Below are positions 12,720 through 24,700 of a stretch of 64,000 bases of DNA, piece by piece (the stretch's first letter is position 1; each line of letters starts with the position of its first letter). The stretch comes from Azolla caroliniana. Lineage: Eukaryota > Plantae > Polypodiophyta. The translations under genes and the position numbers were made by a program. The DNA is taken from contig JBHGNT010000006.1 of the NCBI GenBank assembly GCA_043228905.1, positions 1,240,001 to 1,304,000 on the forward strand. Reading direction: 5' to 3'. The notes beneath the pieces are model-generated. The model saw only the letters and a program-made list of their open reading frames with translations, made no database searches and was not told the DNA's origin.

Positions 12720-15700
12720 CTAAGCACTTTCCATCAGTTGCATATGACCAGTCAATTCACTAATTTCATCATTTTGATGTAGCCCTGAACAAAGCTTGGA
12801 TAACAGCATATAGCCAGAAGCATTATCGCAATCGAGGTGCTTGATTTCACCAAAGCATTCTCCACCAAGTAATTTATTCCCATATAATCCACAACCTGTA
12901 AGCAAAGATACCCATCCCACAAGATTAGGCTCGATTGGCATTGTTTTTAGCGTGTCTTCAGCCTCATTCAAATGACCATGACGACCAAGAATGTCAATAA
13001 CACAATTGAAATGATCAATTCTTGGAGCCAATCCATGCTCCCTTTTCATTTGTACAAAATTCGAAAACCCTTTGTCAAGGAGGCCATTTTGACTGCAAGC
13101 AGACAGAATACTAAGGAAAAATGAGTCATCGGGCTTCACCCCATAAATTTCCATGGATTTCATCAACTGTATAGCCATATCCCAAACACCATGAGAAGCA
13201 TAGGCTCCAACAATGGCACTCCATGAGATAATATCTGGTTTGCATACATGATTGAAGACATTATGTGCCTCTTTCAGACTACCACATTTAGCATACATGT
13301 CAATCAGGGTGTTACCTATAAAACATTCATTTTCAAGTTCACCTTTTATGACCCCGTCATGGATTACTCTTCCTTGCTGCAAAGCTCCAATATTGCTGCA
13401 TGCTTTCAAGATACACAAGAAGGTGGTAATACCTGGCTTCATACCCTTTTCTTTCATTGACTCGAAAAGTTTGAGGGCTGGTAATTCATGACCATGCTGG
13501 ATATAACTAGAGCACATTGATACACATGGTACTTCATTTGAAGTCTGAAGCTCTTCCAGAAGCTTGTGACCATCTATAAGTGTCCCACATTTCCCATAGG
13601 TATGGATAAGGGCAGTCACAATGATCACATCTTTTTCAAGTGCACACTCAATAATTTGTAAATGCAGTAGCTTAGACACCTGAGTGTTCTCAAGAATACT
13701 ACATGCTTTCAGGACACACAGAAATATAGCTCTATCTGGGTTTACCCCAGTCTCCTGCATCGCAAGGAATAATTCAAGAACAACCGCTACATGTCCATGC
13801 TGCATATAACCGAACATTAAAGTACCCCAGCACACCACATCAGGGTTCAGCAAATTTTCAAACACTTCTTGAGCCTCCTTCAAATATGCACAACTTGAAT
13901 ACAGGTCTATGAGAGCACTGCCGATGATCAAACATGAATCAAGCCCATGTTTTATCACTAAATTATGAACTAGTCTACCTTGTTTTATATCTGCAATACT
14001 ACTATAAGCTTTACAAACAGCAACATAAAGTGACTTATCAGGTTTCATGACCTCTTCTTGCACCTGCTCAAGAACAACAAGACCTTGATTAACATGGCCA
14101 CACTCTACATAACCTGAAATTATGGTGCCCCAGCAAGATGCACTTTTTATCGATGAAACACTGAAAAGTTTGGATGCCTCTGATATGCACCCACACTTAA
14201 AATACATATCTATGAGAGCATTCACAACTGTTTCATTCAGTTCAGATGCAACCTCCTTCAAACAATCATGTATTAGTAGACCCACATCCACAGCTCTTAC
14301 CCTTCCACATACTCGTAATAGAGAGATACATAAAGCTTCGTCAGGTTGTATGCCATCATTCTTCATTTTCTTAAAAAGCTCAATGGAGATAGAATCATAT
14401 CCAAATTGAGCATAAGCTGAAATCATAATACCATATGAGACCATGTTTTGAATAGGCAATCTATCAAAGATGGTATGTGCCTCTTTTAAACTTCCCACCA
14501 TGCCATACATATCAACAAGGGTGCATCCTATCATACCTTCAGAATCCAATCCTCGTCTAATCACTTGGTCATGTATAAATCTTCCATGTATTAAGCACCC
14601 AATATGACCACAGGATTTTAAAGTCCACAAATAAGTAACTTTATCAGGTTCTAACGTGGCACATTGCATGCATCCAAACAAATTTAAAGCAGAAAAATGG
14701 CGCTCATTGTGCACAAACCCTGCAATCATCGATGTCCATGAGACAATATCTCTATTCAACATTTGATTGAACACATTGTAGGCTTCACCTATGCACCCAC
14801 ACATGTTATACATACTGATAAGACTATTTCCTATTGTTATATTCATTTCAAGCCCTTCTTTGATGATTTTCTCATGTACAAGTTTCCCCTCTCTTGTAGA
14901 TCCCATGTTTTGGCAAGCTTTTAATATGTATATGTATATCACTCTATCTGCTTTTAATCCATTGTGTTGCATTTCCTCGAAAAGTTGAAGAGCTCCGATG
15001 CTAGAACCACATTCAACATAACCCGAAATTATTGCTCCCCAACACATCATATCTTTGTGTTGTGCTCGAATAAAGATGTTAAAGGCCTCTTCTAAGCTTC
15101 TAGCAATGGTATACATATGAATTAGGCCAGTTTGGATTCGGATATCTGACTCAAGTCCAAAATTAACAACCAAATAGTGAATAAATCGACCTTCTTCAAG
15201 AGCTTCTATAGCACCACATGACTTCAGAATACAAGAGAAAGTAACACTGTTAGGCTCACAATCCCCTTGTTGCATCATATACTGGAAAAGTGTTACAGCT
15301 TGAACGTTATGTCCATTCTGAACATAGCCTCCAATCATTGCTCCCCAGGATACGACACTTCTGTCATGCAATTTATTGAACACATGGCGTGCCTCATCGA
15401 GCCGACCACATTTTCCGTACATATCAATCAAAGTATTGGCAACAATAACACTCTGCTCCAATCCTTTCTTAATGATTCTATCATGTATATGAAATCCATG
15501 AATTATAAAACCAGTGAGACTACAAGCTTTGAGAACCTTTAGAAAAGTATCTCTATCAGGTTCAATTGTTGTATGTAGCAACATCCTTTCATACAATTCC
15601 AGTGCTTTCTTGCATTCTTTGAACTCCACGTGTGAATCAATGATAGCATACCAAGTGGATATGGAAGGTCTCAAAACTCTGAAAAACGCTTGCTTTGCTT

Positions 15701-15935
15701 CGTCCAAGCTTCCACAATGTGTGAACAAATTAACTATGTTTCCAGCCCAAGCAGGAGAAGATTGAAGCCCATGTCCAGATATGAAAGACAAAAGCTTTCT
15801 TGCCTTTGAAAGGTCTTTCTTTTTCGTGTATTCATGAAGAAGTGTATGAATGATGTCTACGGGGCATTCACGAATCTCTGTTCGTCTGATAAGTTTCTCT
15901 GTGAAAGCTATGGATCGACGACATGGAGATTGCAT
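12720..15935 (-). CDS. PLS-class PPR protein with C-terminal E domain and no DYW; putative organellar RNA-editing specificity factor
   Basis: Intact intronless 1071-aa ORF with long P-L-S arrays (NTLIDMYGKCG / VVSWGAMIGGY / PNSVTFSCILKSC). C-terminus HFNCVIDILGRHGHLNEAE...MPIEPNLVGWVSLL...ASGYMLLSKL matches the E region. No HxE/CxxC/DYW motifs. Confidence 0.95.
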   Translation of the reverse strand: MQSPCRRSIAFTEKLIRRTEIRECPVDIIHTLLHEYTKKKDLSKARKLLSFISGHGLQSSPAWAGNIVNLFTHCGSLDEAKQAFFRVLRPSISTWYAIIDSHVEFKECKKALELYERMLLHTTIEPDRDTFLKVLKACSLTGFIIHGFHIHDRIIKKGLEQSVIVANTLIDMYGKCGRLDEARHVFNKLHDRSVVSWGAMIGGYVQNGHNVQAVTLFQYMMQQGDCEPNSVTFSCILKSCGAIEALEEGRFIHYLVVNFGLESDIRIQTGLIHMYTIARSLEEAFNIFIRAQHKDMMCWGAIISGYVECGSSIGALQLFEEMQHNGLKADRVIYIYILKACQNMGSTREGKLVHEKIIKEGLEMNITIGNSLISMYNMCGCIGEAYNVFNQMLNRDIVSWTSMIAGFVHNERHFSALNLFGCMQCATLEPDKVTYLWTLKSCGHIGCLIHGRFIHDQVIRRGLDSEGMIGCTLVDMYGMVGSLKEAHTIFDRLPIQNMVSYGIMISAYAQFGYDSISIELFKKMKNDGIQPDEALCISLLRVCGRVRAVDVGLLIHDCLKEVASELNETVVNALIDMYFKCGCISEASKLFSVSSIKSASCWGTIISGYVECGHVNQGLVVLEQVQEEVMKPDKSLYVAVCKAYSSIADIKQGRLVHNLVIKHGLDSCLIIGSALIDLYSSCAYLKEAQEVFENLLNPDVVCWGTLMFGYMQHGHVAVVLELFLAMQETGVNPDRAIFLCVLKACSILENTQVSKLLHLQIIECALEKDVIIVTALIHTYGKCGTLIDGHKLLEELQTSNEVPCVSMCSSYIQHGHELPALKLFESMKEKGMKPGITTFLCILKACSNIGALQQGRVIHDGVIKGELENECFIGNTLIDMYAKCGSLKEAHNVFNHVCKPDIISWSAIVGAYASHGVWDMAIQLMKSMEIYGVKPDDSFFLSILSACSQNGLLDKGFSNFVQMKREHGLAPRIDHFNCVIDILGRHGHLNEAEDTLKTMPIEPNLVGWVSLLTGCGLYGNKLLGGECFGEIKHLDCDNASGYMLLSKLCSGLHQNDEISELTGHMQLMESA

Positions 15936-17649
15936 TAGGGTGTGAAGACATAGTCTGACATTCTTTTCGGCGATAAAAGGCGAAGGGTCGATCAGATACG
16001 CTGCTTAGCATGGATGGATGGATCGATACGGGTTCAGGTTTCCGTATTCCATATTTATTTTCTAGTTAGAGCAGCAAGGCGATCCTCATCTGAAAACCCC
16101 CTCCCTCTCTCTGTTTCTTTCATATGGCTAAACTGTTATTATGTATACAGAAGAAAAACAAGAGCTAGAAGGATATGGTTATGGCCATTGGCAAGGCAAA
16201 AGCCGCCCGTCCGTCCATCCGAGAAGGTGTATCCGACGACACGACACGAGAGGATGCATCTGCCACGCTTGGTTATGTGTATGAAACTTTCTCTGTCCAA
16301 ATAACATGTTCTGCTATAACTCCATGTAGCACAGCGAACCACAATTCTAGAGACCCCCAATCCATGAAGTACTTTGATGTTGTCACACACGACATAGAAT
16401 GTAAAGTTTGGCTCCCTCCATGGATATCTCCCCGAGAGGATGGTAAATTTATCCTAGTTAACGATGCCCAAAGGTGTGGCATAACAACCCGAATGGCTTC
16501 AGCTACCGGATGCGTAACGAAATTGTGTGTGGCATCCTCCTCCTCCTCCTCAAAGTGTTGACAAGTGATAATATTTTGTAATTCGAGGAATTTCGTGACA
16601 ATGATGGGGTAATTCGAGGAATTTCATGACAATGATGACAATTTCTCCATTAATTAATTTAAGTATTTTAAGAAAAATAAATTGAAGTTAGATAGTGAAA
16701 GTACCCTCCCACGAATCAGGTAATATTGATATGATATTAATACGAATATCATTGTATGTCCCTAGTCAAGAACTCCTCATGCATAAAACATGTTTTATTG
16801 TTTTGTGAAACCACTCGTCTAGACATGCTATTAGATAACTTCCTTGTTACATTGAGGCAAATTGTAATGTAAACGTTTTGCTTACAAATGAGGCATTAGA
16901 TTTTGTATGATTTGAGTGGTTTTCCAAATTATGAGGCACATAAGTTTAAGCATGTGAGTATATACTCTTTTCTTTTTGTGTGAGTGTGGGGGGGGGAGGG
17001 AGGGAGGCATACAATGATATTTTTAAAACACATAAGAATTGGGATATATCCTCTTGTCGACTAGGGGCATAAAACGATAAAAAGCTCTAATGGTTATATG
17101 ACTATTAATAATACTAGGGGTATATTATATTTTCTAACACGATCTTTTGAGAAACTAGTAACCACTTTTTATTTTTCTTTCCTCTAACCCTTCGGTTTAC
17201 CTTTGCTCAAACATTTCTTTTTAACTCCAATTCAATCCATTGAGTTTGCCACTTTGTCCATTTCCAACATTGGTTCTCACTCAATATGGTTGTCATAATT
17301 GTAATCTCCTCTCATAACAATAACATTATCTTTCAACCATTCATTCAACTTGCTTACATTATCTATTAACTTACCTCTGTAATTAATAGCACCTTTTATG
17401 ACAATGACTTGATCTTTCAACCATTAGTCCAACACTCTCATATGGGTTTTTTAGACATGTGAGGGTCTTTCAAAGGATATCCAGTCTTGAGCTCATTCCA
17501 TGAGCTCAACATTTCGGTGCACTTATGAGATGGGCACCTAAAACCCCCCAAGCCAATGTGAAGAACTCACCGAATGAGATTGGGCTTCCAATGTGTGAGT
17601 GTACTCTTCGATGAAGGGAGTATAAGAAAACCTACAAACCATCATTTTG

Positions 17650-18660
17650 ATTGTTTTTTTTATTTCTATAAAAGATTTTCTTCAATAGTATTAAGAACAA
17701 AACGCCCGAAGGCTACAACTTGAACCTAGCTACCAAGAAGGTTACAACTTTGTTTATACAATGATATAAAATACGAGGATGTTTACATTTGTTGACATTC
17801 AAAGAGTCCATGGAAGTTGATATTGCCATTGAGGCTCTTGAGCTACCATTGTAAACAGGGGCACCTTTTTCCATAAGTGAAGAAGCTTTTTCCTTTTCTT
17901 GTTCACAGTATCTGGGGAACCTTGCATATTGTCATATTGACCATGGACTAAAGCCAACAAGTTCTCCCATAACTCAAACAACACCTCTGAGAGATGAATG
18001 TCTACCCCATCATAAAGTTGGGTACATCGATATTTCCATAATACCCATAATGTTATTGTGGACACAGTTTTCCAAATTTGGACAGATCGCACATGCTTTC
18101 GAGGTTGCTAGAAGGGACTAACTAATATCAATCTTCTATTATGTATTGTCATTGCCTCATGAACATCGTTTGCCTCATACAACATTAAACCGGAGTGTAA
18201 TACTCCCCACATTGTTGATCCCCGTGAGAATAAGCAACCTACATTTATTGTTAAGACACGACTTTCTTCCATACTTGTTGAGCAAAAGAACAAGACCATA
18301 AGACATGCTTGGTAGTCTCTTGAGGTTCATGGCAAATGGCACATTGCCGCAAATTGGGTGTCACATTCCCTTTCAATGCATGACCAATTGGTAGAGCCAT
18401 ATGCACTAATAACCATTGAAAGAGAATAAATTTAGTTGGCCCCTTGAATGACCATATCCATTTCCAATAGGTTCTCAAATGCAAAGTGGAAACACCCCAA
18501 TTGGTCCAATGTTTCTAAGCTGCTAGTATCTTTACATTCTGAGAGAGTAGTAATGATCTTCCAAGTTTTACTGTGTACTGAAAAAAGGGGACTTTTACGA
18601 TGATTGTTGGGAGTTTACTGCTATTGATTGTTTGCCTTTGATCATCTTTTCTAATACATC
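17650..18660 (-). mobile_element. 5'-truncated degenerate LINE (zf-RVT end of ORF2)
   Basis: Broken ORFs 18251-18484 (WKWIWSFKGPTKFILFQWLLVHMALP...CAIC...ETTKHVLWSCSFAQQVW) and 17799-18092 (TLWVLWKYR). T-rich tail on the + strand near 17650. Confidence 0.75.
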
Positions 18661-19517
18661 TATGTGGTATCAGATGTTGATCACCTTGGGGGGAAGGATA
18701 ACTTATTCGTTGATGATTCCCTATATATAATGATAGGTGTTAGGAAGTTGACATTCATGCTTACACATAGCCTTTGTGAATTTAGCTCAATGTGTCATGA
18801 CATATGTGTACGTTGGGATCTTGGGGAGTTTCTCCACCGAGTTGTACCCCTACACTTGCTATTCCCACCTTACACAATCACATATAACCCTATATATTAA
18901 TGATGAATTCATCAAGATCAATTCCAGAATATATACTAATGTTATGTTTCTATTCATGAAACATGTGTTTTGTGTGTGTTTGGGGTTTACACCGTATTAC
19001 ACTTTGTTTTAGTCACTCATAGTTTGGACCATATCATCATGCATCCAACATGGCATTAGGATTTATATATGTTTTCAACTTCTAATTGACCCCCTTCAAA
19101 CTTCTTACCAAAAAAATGTATGTGGGATTACATTCGAAACCATGGCAGAATATATTTTGTAATGATATGTTTAAGAGGAATGACTTATTCTTCTATGTAT
19201 CCACACACTATTACCTATGATTCGTTGAAAGTTGCTTTAGGTTTCTATCTCTTCCTAAGTCATTCTTTCACCGTTTTCTTCACTCTATTGAACACAAACT
19301 ACTAATTATTCTCATAATACGAAGCATATGCAAAAGACATTGGTGTTGGGTGCAAATGGTTATCAAAGGGCATGCAAGTATTTGTTGCCTCTTTTCTAAC
19401 ATCTAATTGGGGTCCTACGTATTATTGTATTGTCATTACAATCAATGATTGTTAATTTGCCCACTTTGTAGTCAACGTGGATAAGCACATGAAACCCGCC
19501 TTCAATAACTCCATACT

Positions 19518-19991
19518 TGTTATGTACACATAACGTTGGTGAGGGTAGGTCACTAATATTTACATTAGTGAAGGGTATGTTCACTATTATTAAAAAGGGG
19601 ACTAATGATTGGATAGAATGAATGATATGTGCATGCACTATCATGATTTAGACAACCAATGAATAGAGAGCCTTTTAGAAAGGCACATCTATTCAAGGGG
19701 CCTAGGAAAAGGTATAAATATGAGGCTTAGCTACCCTCATAGGGATCATCACGTCGGAAGGCTGCTGTCGTAGACACCGGTGGTGCGGGCTAGGCTTTCG
19801 TCTCGACGATCGTGTTTATCTCTTCCAAGGTATTAGTCATCCTAATATCCGGCGGTATGGGACGTCGGTGGTAGGTTGGCTATGTCTAGATCATAGCTCG
19901 GGGGTGGTCGGGTGGAACGGGTTCTTCTATCCAATCTATTTTCTTCCTTTTTACTTGATTTGGTCTATTGATTAGTAATAGACTCTTAACA
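19518..19991 (+). repeat. 5' LTR of Gypsy element
   Basis: TGTTATGTAC...CTCTTAACA, with a TATAAATA box near 19713; direct repeat of 26157-26630. Confidence 0.97.
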
Positions 19992-19992
19992 G

Positions 19993-20004
19993 TGGTATCA
20001 GAGC
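19993..20004 (+). promoter_or_regulatory. Primer-binding site (tRNA-iMet)
   Basis: TGGTATCAGAGC one base after the 5' LTR. Confidence 0.92.
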
Positions 20005-20229
20005 TTTTACTAACAATTTTTTTGTTGTTTTGATGTTTTTTGCGTGTGAGCGAGGGGGATCTAACAAGGCTCGTCATGCTATTCTCAGGATCAAAACAAC
20101 ACTCTAAACCCGGTATTCTTCTTTTTTTATCTCTTCTCTTTTTCTATTATGCGTTCTTTATGGTCGAATCAAATTGGTATTACGTTTTATTCTCTTTCTT
20201 TCTACCTCCTACTACGCTACGATTTTACT

Positions 20230-20760
20230 TATTATTATGCATCGGGCCAAGCGTGTTTGCACTAATCGCACACGCTCAACTCATGGCCTTTTGCATATTG
20301 CGATATATATCCCAATCTCTCCTCTCTTGAACTCTTACGATAATAATTATTCTTGTGCATTGGGTCGAGCGTGTTTGCTCTAATCGCACACGCTTATCTC
20401 ATGGCCGTTTTGCATATGATGTTGAGTATACCACTCTTCCCCTCTATTGAGCCATCACTTGGCCGATTCTAAGGGATGATGTGGCCTTGACGAGGTGTAT
20501 GTTGCCTACCTATGCCACTCTACTCTCTATTAAGCCATCAATTGGCCGATTCTATGGGATGTTGTGGCCTTGACAAGGTATATGTAGCTTACATATGCCA
20601 CTTTCCTTTTTAATTAGCCATCAATTGGCCGATTCTAAGGGATGATGTGGCCATGACGAGGTATATGTCACTTACCTATGCCACTTTCCTCTTTAATTAG
20701 CCATTACTTGGCCGATTCTAGGGATATGTGGTGGTCTTGAGGAGGTGCATGTCAACTACC
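20230..20760 (+). repeat. Tandem arrays in the Gypsy 5' leader: two ~120-bp units followed by ~3.6 units of 83 bp
   Basis: GGCCGATTCT recurs at 20461, 20544, 20627 and 20710 (period 83). AGCGTGTTTGCnCTAATCGCACACGCT occurs twice near 20249 and 20368. Confidence 0.9.
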
Positions 20761-21745
20761 CTAGGGTTTCGTATCTTAGGGCATGTTTGATTCCATACAC
20801 CTAATTGTTGATTATTCTAATTAAATTTTAATTTCATAAGTATTGTTTCACTTATATGATTTTCTAGTAATTATTATTTACCCGCCCACAATTAACTCTC
20901 CTTTTTCCACTTCCTTTTCATGTATAAAGTATTTACATCGTTTATTTTTAATGTAACCTTTACGTGTAGACTATTTTTTCGTATGGAGTGGCTTGTTGAA
21001 TGATTTTTTTTTCAACGGGTCATCTAGGTTTAACTCTTATCATCAAGCCTTAGAAAACGAGTAAAACCATATGAGTTCCCTTATTGATGTTTTACTCATG
21101 GATTTGAGTATTACATCTTTGCGCACAACACCGTCATCACTTGTATCAATTTGTGGCTTATGTCACAATTGTGCAAGTTATAACAATCATATTGGGATGT
21201 ATATGTGCATACCTTGCACTTCCCATTTATTTGTGACATTGTTTTTTTCGTAGGTAACACATGGGTTCTTTTTTTTTACCCTTGTTTTCGTCACTACTTA
21301 ACTCTTATGAGTAGTGCCTTATTTTATCATTTTATCATCACGTTTGCTTATTGCTCGCAAGACTAGAATATTACTTGTGAGTGCACTTGTTTTTTCACGT
21401 AATACACTTTCTCGACCATATAATACATGATGGGTTGGCATTAATATAAGGCTATCTAGGAAATTTCATTGATGTAAGAACCATGGTTGAGCCTCGGGGA
21501 GCCGCCATGATTACTCAAGATAGAGATCCGAGAAATACATCTTAGCTATGTTTTCCCCCATGGTTTTTAAAACACCATAGTGTTACCATAGTTATCGGAT
21601 CTCGAATCACATCTCATATGTCTAGAGGGGTAAAGACATGAGATACTTTCTTGGATAAAGTTCTTTCAATCAAAATTTCAAGCATTCATTTTGCTTGTGT
21701 ATTTTCTGAACCTCCTTATTTTATTGCATACCCACAGCGTGCATC

Positions 21746-24700
21746 ATGGAACAAGTTTTGAACGCAGTTGGAACGATCTCTCCAAATGAGACCTCTCAAC
21801 CCCAATCCGCATCTCGCACACAAGCTGAGATCACTATTGAGCAATTGCTCACTACTACCTTGAATCAATTGGCCGAAATGAGACAGGCCAATATGGCATT
21901 GGAAAAGAAATTCCAAGAATTAACTATTGAGTCCAAGAAAGAGGGTGAACCTTCCTTCGTAGTCACGCCTTTCAAGGGAGATAAGAAAGAAAGAACCGAG
22001 GAGGCTATTAGCACTTGGCTTGGTCGTTGGGAGTCTCACTTTGAGCTTCATCCCAAGCCCGATGCAGTAAAAATTGGTTATGTCGGTCGTGAGTTAGGTG
22101 GCCGAGCTGCTGCTTGGTGGCGTGGCCTAAGGACCGCAAAAAACTTACCCACAACTTGGGAAGGTTTCGTTGATGTTTTTAAGAAACAATTCTTGCAGCC
22201 ACCTTCTCAAACCGAACAAGCGCAACACTTGCTCACATTGTCTAGTAAGCCATTTACCTCTCTCGAGGATTATGTGCATCACGCTCGGACCCAGATCCAA
22301 AAATCGGGACTTACGGGTGAGAAATGGTTTGTCGCTTGTTTTTTGAATGGTATTCCCAATGGGGATTATCATTGGATTGTCCATGACAAGGACCCCACAA
22401 CTTTCGAGGAAGCCGTCAACATTGTGCTGCGATACCATAGGACTTCCAAGAAAGACCACAATAAACCTGAGTTCGCCAAAACTCCGAATGTCAAGTTCAT
22501 TGGGAAACGTAAGCAATCCAGTGACACTCTTGACCGCGACTCAAAGAAACCGAACCTCTTCTGTGCATATTGCAAGAAGCGGGGCCACACAAAGGATACC
22601 TGTCGTCGTCTTGAGAGGAAGTCAATGAACACCCCTCCTCAAGACAAATCTACGAGTCACACAGGTGAGTCTTTTGATATTGTTGAAGTTCATACCAATC
22701 ACTTAAGTTTATGTGAATGCACTTTTCCTTCACATTTACTTGGACCTAATGATTTACTCCGAGCAGTCGGATATATCAATGGAACACAAGCACATTTCTT
22801 GTTTGATTCCGGTAGTTCTCCCAATTTTCTTAATGATCACTTTGTGCAGCAAATGGAGCTCCACATAAACGCAAGTGATCATATCTATCAAGTTCACATG
22901 GCAAATGGAAACGTTCAATACATCAGTGGCATTGTTTGTCAACTGCCAATTCAAATAGATACTTATTTGGAGAAGCTTGACTTTCATGTTATGAAATTAC
23001 AATCCGCAGATGTCATTTTAGGATATCCTTGGTTTTTTAATAAAAACCCTTCTTTGTCCATTGATTGGGTTAATCACTCAATCACATTTGAACTTAATAA
23101 TTGTAAACATTTTATTCAATGTTCCAAACTTCCTTCTCATTCACTTGTGTCTTCTAAATCTTTAAGTCAGTATTCTAGTTCATTAATTTATTCGTGTGTA
23201 ATTGATCCTGCGGTTCAATTTTATTATTTTAATATTGACGCCACACAATTACCACATTTTGAGCAATGATTACTTGACTCTATTTTAGAGGATTTTCAAG
23301 ATGTGTTTCCTACTGAATTACCGCTTACTTTACCACCTAAACGTAATGTGGACCATCAAATTGAACTCATCCCTGGGGCTGCTCCTGTGAGCATTCCACC
23401 TTACCGACTTAGTCGATTAGAAGAGGATGAGATCCCTAAACAACTTAAGGAATACTTGAGTATGGGCCACATTAGGTATAGTAAATCACCTTGGGGTGCG
23501 CCAGTTCTATTAGTCAAGAAGAAGGAAGGTTCGTGGCGAATGTGTATCAATTATCGCCGTTTGAATAAAATGACAATTAAGAATGCATATCCATTACCTC
23601 GTGCCGATGATTTGATTGATCGTTTGCACGGGGCTCGATATTTTACGAAAATTGACTTACGAACTGGTTATCATCAGATTCGCATCGCCGAGGATGATAT
23701 TCCTAAAACCGCTTTTCGTACGCGCTATGGCCATTATGAGTTTTTAGTCATGCCATTTGGGTTGACTAATGCTCCAGCCACATTCCAACAAGCGATGAAT
23801 GATGTTTTCCGAGATCAACTCGGTGATTTTGTTGTCGTCTGCTTGGATGATATTTTGATATATAGCCGTACCTTGCAAGATCATGTTCAACATGTTCGAT
23901 TTGTTTTGCGAAAGTTGCGTGACAACTCTTTCTATGCAAAACATTCAAAATGTGACTTCTTCCAAAAATCTATTGTGTACCTAGGTCATTTAATTACAGA
24001 AAATGGCGTTGAAATTGAACCTTCTCGTATTGAAAAGGTTAAACTTTGGCCCATTCCTCGTAATATTCGTGAACTTAGATCATTCTTAGGGTTTGTTGGA
24101 TTTTTACGAAAATCAATTCGTAACTATTCCAAATTGACTACGCCATTAACTGACCTTTTAAAAGGTCATCCACGTAAGTCTGTCAAACCAATTTCATGGA
24201 ATGAACAACTTGACAAATCATTTGAGACACTCAAGGAGCATGTGTGTCAGGCTCCCACTCTTCTATTACCAGACCCTTCTAAGCCTTTCTCAATTGAAAC
24301 CGATGCTAGTGATTATGCTATTGGTGCCGTTCTTTATCAAGGTGGTCACCCTATTGCTTTTGAAAGTAAGAAGCTTGATGCTGCTCAATCTCGGTATTCG
24401 GTTCAAGAGAAAGAGTTGTTTGCGGTGATACACGCACTTAAAACATGGAGGCACTATCTCTATGGAAATAAATTTGTGGTTACAACAGACCATCAATCAT
24501 TAAAGTATTTTTGTGACCAGCCCGATCTTGTTGGTCGTAAAGGCCGTTGGGCTGACCTTATGCAAGATTTTGATTTTTCCATACGATATCGCAAGGGTTC
24601 TATGAACACCGTTGCTGATGCTCTTAGTCGCATTAAAGAAGTTAACATGCTTAGCTTCACGGAAATAAAATCTGACTTTTAGATCACCTTCGAGGGAAAT

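Noticed and set aside
16014-16561. Overlapping 70-130 aa ORFs upstream of the PPR gene
   Set aside because: No recognisable motifs or splice structure; probably promoter or decayed repeat.
20459-20760. 83-bp periodic array as a CRISPR-like locus
   Set aside because: Whole units are repeated with no unique spacers, it lies in a retrotransposon leader, and there are no cas genes.
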